A stretch of DNA of 27,922 nucleotides, from positions 1-27,922 of the forward strand of contig CAYUTF010000033.1 of assembly GCA_964447495.1 (NCBI GenBank), given 5' to 3'. The position numbers were made by a program, and so were the translations under genes. Within the stretch, counting starts at the first letter, position 1, and each line of letters starts with the position of its first letter. Under the pieces are notes generated by a model. That model saw only the letters and a list, made by a program, of their open reading frames with translations. It was not told the DNA's origin and searched no databases. This stretch comes from an uncultured archaeon (GTDB taxonomy: Archaea; Asgardarchaeota; Lokiarchaeia; Sigyniarchaeales; SOKP01). Below are positions 17,534 through 25,262 of the stretch, piece after piece.

Positions 17534-17551
17534 TTTTGGTCGCAACCAAAA
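17534..17551. terminator. Short hairpin TTTTGGT-CGCA-ACCAAAA between convergent Smr and CxxC-x17-CxxC genes
   Basis: Perfect 7-bp inverted repeat with a 4-nt loop, 20 nt past the stop of the minus-strand gene. Confidence 0.35.
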
Positions 17552-17571
17552 CTGAGAAAAAATAGAATTAC

Positions 17572-17712
17572 TTACCTTCTATGCTTTCTATAACACTCTC
17601 GACAATAAACAGGCCTTCCTTCCTTAGGCTCAAATGGAACTTCGCACTCGTTACCGCAATCGGCACAGGTAGCTTTGTGCATCGTTCTATTGCCAAAACT
17701 TCTATTCGACAT
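17572..17712 (-). CDS. CxxC-x17-CxxC domain small zinc-finger protein (46 aa)
   Basis: Not in the ORF track. Manual translation: MSNRSFGNRTMHKATCADCGNECEVPFEPKEGRPVYCRECYRKHRR*, with a GGTGA RBS upstream. Confidence 0.92.
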   Translation of the reverse strand: MSNRSFGNRTMHKATCADCGNECEVPFEPKEGRPVYCRECYRKHRR

Positions 17713-18094
17713 TATTTCACCAAATTTTAATTTTATACTTGAAACTTTGAGATTTCTCTATTCAAGTATGTAATATATATTTTTAAAGATAATAAATCTT
17801 GGTATTATGAAAAATACACTTCCAAATTATGCTAAAAAATATCGTGGTTCTTTTTTTTTTAATAGGGTTAAATTGGCGCATCTTAAGAAGAAAAAGTGAA
17901 AGCGTTTAAATTTTTTTAGGGATAAAACTTTTTTCCTAGGTGCTATAATATTTTGATTATGCTTTCTTAGACATAACTTTTCCCTTAATCTAAAAGTGAC
18001 TTTTTGGAGAGAAAATCAAAAGGTTACTAAAGAGTTTCAAAAAAGAGAAGTATTACCTTAAAAGTGCTTATAAACTCATAACTAAAACCCTCAA

Positions 18095-18340
18095 TCAGAT
18101 TAAGGGTTCTTTTTCAATTTTAAAAATCCATTTTAATTTGCATTCACTGGAACAGAAAAATCGCTTTGGTGGTTCCTGACATATATTAATAAGGCGATAT
18201 TTCTTGTTCCATGTATTTCTTACAATATGTTTACCGCAGTATTCACATTCCGTCATTACCGTTTTTTCCTTTTTTAGAACATCTTTAAATTTTTCCTTCG
18301 TTCGTGTGTTATCGTCAAAAATTCCCATATTAATCATCAA
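18095..18340 (-). CDS. Small metal-binding protein (TRASH/FCS-type zinc finger)
   Basis: CEYCGKHI...FFCSSECK motif. The true start may be an ATG a few codons downstream. Confidence 0.7.
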   Translation of the reverse strand: MMINMGIFDDNTRTKEKFKDVLKKEKTVMTECEYCGKHIVRNTWNKKYRLINICQEPPKRFFCSSECKLKWIFKIEKEPLI

Positions 18341-18406
18341 ATTTTAATCTCAACTAGTAATAATCTTTCAAGATTAATAGCTTTGTACTAAAAGAATGAT
18401 AATTCA

Positions 18407-18615
18407 TTAGTAGAAATTTATGATTAATATTACAGCTAAATGGTCAGAATCAAATTTTGAGGATGAATCCATATTTAATAATATATCTGTAATACCATGA
18501 TACTCTTTAACATCTTTTTATCTCGTAGCATAAAGATAATCAGCTGGCGCTTTATTACCAGGACCAAACACCACTGTGGTATCTTTAAAATAAAAAAAGG
18601 CTAAAAATGGACATA
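18407..18615 (-). pseudogene. Possible relic of the C-terminus of an endonuclease/exonuclease/phosphatase (EEP) gene
   Basis: Manual translation ...KDTTVVFGPGNKAPADYLYATR*KDVKEYHGITDILLNMDSSSKFDSDHLAVILIINFY* has an EEP-like DY...SDHxxV ending, one internal TAA and no start codon. Confidence 0.3.
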
Positions 18616-18729
18616 ATTATAAAGATTTAAAATAAGAACTGTTTTTATGAAAAAATGATTAATAGTAAATTATTGATAAGCAAAATAAAATAATAAAATT
18701 TTTCGATTTTTCTCAAAGGTGTACTATTA

Positions 18730-21700
18730 TTGAAAGTGACTGTTCCCGAAGAACTGTTTAGAGCGAAAAAGTCTAGAGCGCTTTTACCCTTTTTTGGAGC
18801 GGGTGTTAGCGCAGCATTAGGAGTTCCCTCTTGGAGAGGTTTATTGAAAAAGATTTCTGAAAAGATTAATTGTCCCGATACTTTAACTGAAAGAATAAAG
18901 CTATTAGATTGGAACACTGATTTCGAAGAATTATCTTATATTGCTTCTGAATTAATGAGAGTTTCAGGGGATACTCAAGTTTTTATGAATTTTCTTCAAG
19001 AAGCACTCAAACCAGAAATATCTGGGGATATGCCCGAAAGATTTAAAGCCGTTTCTGAACTCCGAGACGATTTACCTGGTTTGGTGACTACTAATTTTGA
19101 TACTGTGTTAGAAGATTATTGTGGATTCACTCCTGATGAAGTCTTATATCGAGACTATAAAGATTTAATAAAAAGGCTTCAACAGAAAAAATTTTTATTT
19201 AAGATTCATGGGGATCCAAATAAATCTGATCTCATTGTATTTACAAAAGAGCAATACAAATCGCTCGAAAGTGATACGACCTATCAAGATGTTCTTAAAC
19301 AAATATTTTTAAGATGGGCTATAATTTTCGTTGGGTATTCGATTACTGATACGTATATTTTAAAAAATTTGGAATATCTGCACAGAAATTATGTGGATGA
19401 ATTAGAAGTATATGCTCTTTTACCAGATGCGGAGTTTGAACTCCAAAAACAACTTCGCCGTATAGGCGTTCGCGTGATTCCGTATACAGTTGGGATGGGA
19501 ATATCTGCTCATTCGGCAGTCGATGCGTTTTTAGCGCTATTAGATTCAAAAGATTTTATTCCTGCTCCCGAATCAGGATTTCAAGGAAGAGTCGATGAAA
19601 TAAATCAAATAACCAAAGCTTTACTTGAAAAACAATCGGTTGTAATTGAAATACTTGGACCTGCGGGTATAGGAAAAACTCAGCTAGCGAGAGCTGCTGC
19701 TCAAAATATACGACAAGAGGAAGGGTCTAGTAATACGTATAATACTTCTATTTTCGTAGATTTAATTAATAAGAAGGGTTCAAATTCACTTATTTATGGT
19801 ATTAGAGATGCTCTAGGATTATCTGAGGAAAAAACCGATAAAGAGGAAATCTTCGATGAGATTGTATCTCGGCAACCTATAATTATTATTGATAATGTTG
19901 AAGACCCATTAAATCAAGTAGAACCCATTCGCACTGAATTTGTTAAGACCTTGATCCAATTAATAAATAAATTAGAAACTCATGGAGCACTTATGATTAC
20001 TTCAAGAACCGCTCTTAGCGAGGAAATGAAATCCCAAATTGGAGATGGCAATAAAATAATAACCATTCAATTAGAACCTTTACATTATGAAGAAGCTCGG
20101 GAACTCTTTATATTAGAATCGAAGGCAAAATCAATTTCAGAAATAGGAGTAAAGGTTCTGAATCGTCTTTCTGCAAACCCTGGTTCTATTAGAATTCTAG
20201 GGCGACGAGCAGGTAAATTATCCGATGAGGGAAAAGAGGCTCTTTTTAAGAGCTTATTAGAAGATCCAGAAAAAGCATCTAAAGCAGTAATAAATACAAC
20301 TTTTGATCTCTTACCCGAAGATTCACGCCAGGCGTTACAAATAGCACTAGCTTTCCCTTCAGGATTGTCTGCGGAAATGGCTAGATTTGTAGTTGGCGAG
20401 AATTTTACAGAGTTACTATCTTTTGCATTGAAAAGTGGTTTAATTACAAGATCGGGTGGAAGATATCGTAGTATTGAGTCTATAAGGCAAAGCTTGTCAT
20501 CAAATGAATTAACGCAACAAACGTTATTGAAAGCGATTGATTTTTATGCAAATGAGATAAAGCTGTTTCGGGATCAACTGAAAGAAGGGGTCTTCAAACC
20601 ATCAAATGCAACCTTTCTATTAGAGGAATATGGAAATATTTCTGCTTGTGCTAATATGGCTGAGAAATCCGATCATCTTAAATTACAAAAGCTAACGCCA
20701 GCAATATGCATATTCTTTCAATGGTCTGGCTTTTTAGAAGATCCTACAAGATGGATTAGAGCTGTTTATACAAGTGAACTTATAACTTCGCATGATATAG
20801 GGATGCTTCTTTTATTTGCCGAAAATCTCGCGAGATTTGGAGGTTCCGAAAATAATAATCTAGCAGAACGAATTTATAGACGAATTCTGGAACATTACGA
20901 AAAGCTTCCTGAATTGAGTACCTTATCTCGAAAGAATATGATACAAGCATCAGAAGCACTAGCTTTACTTTTAATGAATATAGGAGGGAAAACAAATTTA
21001 GTCGAAACAGAAAACCTCTTAAGAACTGTATTAAAAATGAAACAAAAATATTTGGGGGATGCCAATGAAGACCAAGGGGAAATTGCTAAAACTGCTGATT
21101 CACTAGCGAATCTTTTATTAAGCTTTCAAGGCGAAGCTAATCTAAAAGAAGCTGAACTATTAATTCGAGATTCGTATGCGATAAATAAGAAGTTAGCTGA
21201 AATGGATCCCCGAGCACAATTTGCTTTAGCTCGCTCAATGCTCTCTTTATCAAAGTTGCTACAAAAATATGGTAAGGCAGAAAACATGCCCGAAATTGAA
21301 TCATTATGCAGAGAAGCGTTAAGGATTCATAGAGAAATGGCTACTATTATTCCTGGAGCAAAAGCGGCTTTAGTACAATCATTAACCGAATATGCAAATA
21401 TCTTGACGCTTCAAAGAAAACAGGATACATATCTAGAAATTGAACAGATGTATCGAGAGGCCATAAGCATTCAAAGAGAACTTATTAAAACACAACCAAA
21501 TATGCGGAGAAGCCTAGCTTATTCTTTATATTCGTTAGCCATCCATTTAAGAATGAAAGGAGAGGCTTATTTTGATGAAGCTGAAGCACTCCAAAGAGAA
21601 GCATTAACGATATTTCAAGATATTTCAGATAAGATGCCTTCCTCATTAGAAGGTCTTGCTTATTCCTTAATTCAATTAGCTACATTTATAAGAGATTATG

Positions 21701-24270
21701 GGGATATAGAAAAATTAAGTGAAGCTGAATCATTGCTTCGCCAAGCAATGACTATAGCCAAGAAGATAGAAGAAATGGGAGTCTCTACTTCAAGACTAAA
21801 TATCCAATCCTCTTTGACCCTAGCTCAAGTATTACTATTAATAGGAGGAGCAGACAAATTGGAAGAATCTGAGCGCCTCTATCGATACATCATTACTATA
21901 ATGAAACAAGAAGCTCAATACCTGCCAAGAGTATGGTTAGGTATCGCATCAATGAATATCACTCTTGCAGAATTAATAATTGCAAAAGGAGGAGAGAAAA
22001 ATCTCGCAGAAGCTATGGCATTATACAAGGAAGCAATAAAAATACAGGAAGAAATGATAAGTACCATTCCCGAATTACAAATCAATCTCGCATTGACAAA
22101 AATGACGTATGCCAATTTTTTAAATAATCTTGGCCGAGCAGATTTGGATAATGAAATTGTTATGCTGTATCAAGATGCTCTTAAAACAACTAAAGCTTTA
22201 GTGGAATCCAATCCTCTTATCTGCGGACCTCAGTCCCAAATTATGCTTTATTATGCTAATTTTCTGGGAAGTAAAGCTTCAATCCAATCTTATAGAGCCG
22301 CAGAATCGTTATTGAGGGAATCCATCGAAATTAAACGCTCTCTTACTCAAGAATCAAAAGCAGAACAATTTAATCTTTCAATCGCTTTAGCAAGCTTAGG
22401 AGGTGTCTTAAGAATCATGGAAGAGCCAAAATATCTTACTGAAGCTGAAAAAAGTTATCGAGAAGCATTATCAATTCAAAAAGAATTACTTAAAACTAGC
22501 CACGGAATTAAGATAGACATTACAGGAGCAGCAACAGATCTATCCCATATCCTAATCAGACTCGGAGGAGCACAGCGATTTGCTGAAGCAGAAAATTTGC
22601 TGCGTGATACCCTTGAAATAAATCGAGAACTCGTTAAGCACAATCCCGCTGCTGAAACAAATATTGCGCGCACATTGGGTGTTTTAGCTGACTTATTAAG
22701 CAGGCTTAATAACCCTGAAAAAGAAAATGAAGCGGAGCTACTCTACAAAAATGCTTTAGACATCTATAAAAAATGGATTAAGGATATGCCCCTAAAAAAA
22801 GGAGATTATGCATTGATCTTATTGAATCTGTCATCCCTATTATTGAGATTAGGTGATCCTCTTAAAATGAATGATACAGAGAAGTACTTACTCGAAGCTA
22901 TAACAATCTATAATGAAAATATAACTACAATCTCAAATGCAGAAATAAACTTATACAAAACTCAAACTGCTTTAGTTGATCTTTATCTAAGATTGAATAA
23001 TAAAGAAAAATTACTTGAAGCAGAAGCATTATGTAGGGATGCGCTCGCTCGGTTAAAAAAACTAAGTAGTATGAAAGCCATGGAAGTTCCTGTCATGGAC
23101 ACTTCATATAAATTGGCTAATATTTTATTAACCATCGGAGGGAAGCAGAAATATAACGATGCAGAACTGGTACTACGGGAAGCATTGGCTTATGCGAAAA
23201 CCCATATGGTCGAAGATCCTCATTTTCAAGCCTTTTTTGCACGACTAGAGTTCGGATTGGCTTTCATTTTAACCAATTTAAGAACTAAAGAAAGTTTAAT
23301 AGAGGCAGAAGACCACTTTAAGTTAGCATTGAATATTCAAAGGAAATTTGCCCCCGATTTCCCCGAAGTTAAAGCGGAATTACTAAAAACTTTATTTGCT
23401 CTAGCGGAATTATCTGCTCAATTCAGAAATAAAGATAAATTCATTCAAGCTGAGATTTTGTATCGAGAAGTCTTAACGATGCTAAAATCCACACCTAGTT
23501 TGTCTGCCAACCCTGATTATGATTTCGTAAATATTGCGGTAAAAATCGCCGATATTCTAACCACAATAGGAAGTTTGGAAAATATAAACGAAGCGGAAGT
23601 ACTTTTAAAAGAAGCTTTAGCTACATTGAGAAAGATTATGGATAAAGTACCAAATGCATTGCTTTACATCGCTCAAATTGAATATAAGCTCGCTAGAACT
23701 CTGAATTTACAACTCAAGCAAGGTAAAACAGAAAAAATATCTGAAATTGAACCTTTACTTGAAGATGCTATTGCTATTTATGATGCAGAAAGTAAGAAAA
23801 ATCCCGGATTACTACCAAATTTAGGAGAATATAAATTTTTTCTCGCAGCATCTTTACATTTATATGGCCCTCCAGAAAAGTATGAGAAAGCAGAATCAAA
23901 ATATAAAGAAACCTTACACCTTTTTAAAGGGTTGGAACAAACTTCTGAAATGAAATTCCGCGTCTTAAGAGTATCGAGCCAATTAACAGAATTATTAGAC
24001 AAGATGGCTCGGGTAGATGATGCTGATGTATCATATCGCGAATCCATACAAATGGCAAGAGATCTAGCAGAACTAAGCCTCGCAAATTTAGAATACTTAG
24101 GGAAATTAGTGTATAATTTTGCACTTTTTCTTAATAAGAATAAAGCTGCTATAGCGAAAGAAGAAGAGATTGTGCCATTATTACATGAAGCTAAAGAAAT
24201 CTTTCATAAGGTCGGAAAAGAAGACTTAGTTAAACGTGTTGAAGAAACAGAAAAAAATAATTCATATTAA
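18730..24270 (+). CDS. NLR-like protein: N-terminal SIR2-like domain, STAND/NB-ARC NTPase, long TPR-like solenoid (1846 aa)
   Basis: SIR2: FFGAGVS..GVPSW, VTTNFD, KIHGD, FVGYS. STAND: Walker A GPAGIGKT (19657..19680), Walker B IIIIDNVE, LMITSR, LEPLHYEEARELF, and GxP-like ANPGSIRILG. From about 20800 come repeated LAxLLxxxGGxxNxxEAExLYREAL units. Confidence 0.92.
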   Translation: MKVTVPEELFRAKKSRALLPFFGAGVSAALGVPSWRGLLKKISEKINCPDTLTERIKLLDWNTDFEELSYIASELMRVSGDTQVFMNFLQEALKPEISGDMPERFKAVSELRDDLPGLVTTNFDTVLEDYCGFTPDEVLYRDYKDLIKRLQQKKFLFKIHGDPNKSDLIVFTKEQYKSLESDTTYQDVLKQIFLRWAIIFVGYSITDTYILKNLEYLHRNYVDELEVYALLPDAEFELQKQLRRIGVRVIPYTVGMGISAHSAVDAFLALLDSKDFIPAPESGFQGRVDEINQITKALLEKQSVVIEILGPAGIGKTQLARAAAQNIRQEEGSSNTYNTSIFVDLINKKGSNSLIYGIRDALGLSEEKTDKEEIFDEIVSRQPIIIIDNVEDPLNQVEPIRTEFVKTLIQLINKLETHGALMITSRTALSEEMKSQIGDGNKIITIQLEPLHYEEARELFILESKAKSISEIGVKVLNRLSANPGSIRILGRRAGKLSDEGKEALFKSLLEDPEKASKAVINTTFDLLPEDSRQALQIALAFPSGLSAEMARFVVGENFTELLSFALKSGLITRSGGRYRSIESIRQSLSSNELTQQTLLKAIDFYANEIKLFRDQLKEGVFKPSNATFLLEEYGNISACANMAEKSDHLKLQKLTPAICIFFQWSGFLEDPTRWIRAVYTSELITSHDIGMLLLFAENLARFGGSENNNLAERIYRRILEHYEKLPELSTLSRKNMIQASEALALLLMNIGGKTNLVETENLLRTVLKMKQKYLGDANEDQGEIAKTADSLANLLLSFQGEANLKEAELLIRDSYAINKKLAEMDPRAQFALARSMLSLSKLLQKYGKAENMPEIESLCREALRIHREMATIIPGAKAALVQSLTEYANILTLQRKQDTYLEIEQMYREAISIQRELIKTQPNMRRSLAYSLYSLAIHLRMKGEAYFDEAEALQREALTIFQDISDKMPSSLEGLAYSLIQLATFIRDYGDIEKLSEAESLLRQAMTIAKKIEEMGVSTSRLNIQSSLTLAQVLLLIGGADKLEESERLYRYIITIMKQEAQYLPRVWLGIASMNITLAELIIAKGGEKNLAEAMALYKEAIKIQEEMISTIPELQINLALTKMTYANFLNNLGRADLDNEIVMLYQDALKTTKALVESNPLICGPQSQIMLYYANFLGSKASIQSYRAAESLLRESIEIKRSLTQESKAEQFNLSIALASLGGVLRIMEEPKYLTEAEKSYREALSIQKELLKTSHGIKIDITGAATDLSHILIRLGGAQRFAEAENLLRDTLEINRELVKHNPAAETNIARTLGVLADLLSRLNNPEKENEAELLYKNALDIYKKWIKDMPLKKGDYALILLNLSSLLLRLGDPLKMNDTEKYLLEAITIYNENITTISNAEINLYKTQTALVDLYLRLNNKEKLLEAEALCRDALARLKKLSSMKAMEVPVMDTSYKLANILLTIGGKQKYNDAELVLREALAYAKTHMVEDPHFQAFFARLEFGLAFILTNLRTKESLIEAEDHFKLALNIQRKFAPDFPEVKAELLKTLFALAELSAQFRNKDKFIQAEILYREVLTMLKSTPSLSANPDYDFVNIAVKIADILTTIGSLENINEAEVLLKEALATLRKIMDKVPNALLYIAQIEYKLARTLNLQLKQGKTEKISEIEPLLEDAIAIYDAESKKNPGLLPNLGEYKFFLAASLHLYGPPEKYEKAESKYKETLHLFKGLEQTSEMKFRVLRVSSQLTELLDKMARVDDADVSYRESIQMARDLAELSLANLEYLGKLVYNFALFLNKNKAAIAKEEEIVPLLHEAKEIFHKVGKEDLVKRVEETEKNNSY
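20800..24200 (+). repeat. Protein-level tandem repeats, 48-aa (144-nt) period, TPR-like
   Basis: Equivalent loop codons at 20839, 20983, 21127, 21271, 21415, 21559, 21700, 21844, 21988 ... 22564 ... 23866. Spacing is 144 nt almost throughout, with exceptions of 141 and 153. Confidence 0.85.
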
Positions 24271-24374
24271 ATCATTAATTAACTATTTTTTAAATATTTT
24301 TAATCTATTATTTAATTAGATTAACAATTCGAAATTTCCAATGTTATCAAATTAATCTCACAATTTAAAGGAAA

Positions 24375-25256
24375 ATGGAAAAATTAACTGATCACGAGTT
24401 ATTTTGGTTGGAAAATCACGCAAAATCTGATGCTTTTTTCAAATCCTTACTTGAACATTACAAATTAAAAGCTTTCCTGACAAAAACACAATATTATTGG
24501 CTTAATCTTTTTATTACACACTCCGAACCAGACGAGTCTGACATGCTTAAGATGCATCTGAGGCATGCGATCGTCAAAATTCCATGCCCTCATTGTAACT
24601 TTCTCTGTTCCCCACAAATTAAATATTGCTCCAAATGTGGCGAGCCTCTCCCTCAAATCGAAAATATTTTCGGAAAATCAGAGGTTTCCGATATCGTTGA
24701 AGATAATTATATTGAAAAAAGTATTATTCATGCTTTAGAAAAGCTAACAAATAAGCTAATTCCGAGAAAGGACAACTTTGATGTAAGTACAATTGGCTAT
24801 GTGAAAGAAGCTGACCAAATTACGGGACTCAGCCTCTTTAGTTGTAATTTAGATGTCTTTCCAAAAGAACTCCTGAAACTAACCTCTTTAAAACAGCTAG
24901 CATTGCGTAGAAATACGATTTCAAAACTTTTAAAACAGATTGGCTTTTTATCCAACTTAGAATATCTAGATATGCGGATAAATAAACTCAAAAAATTGCC
25001 CCAATCCATTGGATTACTTTCGAAACTGAAGCACCTCAATCTGAGCTCCAATCAACTTATAGAACTTCCAGACTCGATTGGGAACCTAGGATATCTTAAA
25101 GTAATAAATCTGAGCAATAACAAGCTAAAGCACCTTCCCCAATCAATATTAAACCTCAATTCTTTAGAAAAGCTAAATTTGAAGGCAAATTTCTGGATTA
25201 CAAGTCAAGAAATTATTACTGCTTTGGAGCAGAAAAGAATTGAGATAATATTTTAA
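24375..25256 (+). CDS. Zinc-ribbon plus leucine-rich repeat protein
   Basis: CPHC...CSKCG zinc ribbon, then five to six 23-aa LRRs of the LPxSIGxLxxLxxLxLxxNxL type. Confidence 0.9.
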   Translation: MEKLTDHELFWLENHAKSDAFFKSLLEHYKLKAFLTKTQYYWLNLFITHSEPDESDMLKMHLRHAIVKIPCPHCNFLCSPQIKYCSKCGEPLPQIENIFGKSEVSDIVEDNYIEKSIIHALEKLTNKLIPRKDNFDVSTIGYVKEADQITGLSLFSCNLDVFPKELLKLTSLKQLALRRNTISKLLKQIGFLSNLEYLDMRINKLKKLPQSIGLLSKLKHLNLSSNQLIELPDSIGNLGYLKVINLSNNKLKHLPQSILNLNSLEKLNLKANFWITSQEIITALEQKRIEIIF

Positions 25257-25262
25257 TTCTCT

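Noticed and set aside
14865-17746. Identical 13-mer TATACTTGAAACT at 14865 and 17734, whose core is also in the 42-bp repeat
   Set aside because: Several 13-bp matches are expected by chance in 28 kb of AT-rich DNA; insufficient to call a shared motif.
13343-24270. Canonical Thoeris (ThsA/ThsB) or retron call
   Set aside because: The SIR2 domain is fused to STAND-TPR rather than SLOG, the TIR gene is 4.6 kb away behind unrelated genes, and no reverse transcriptase is present.
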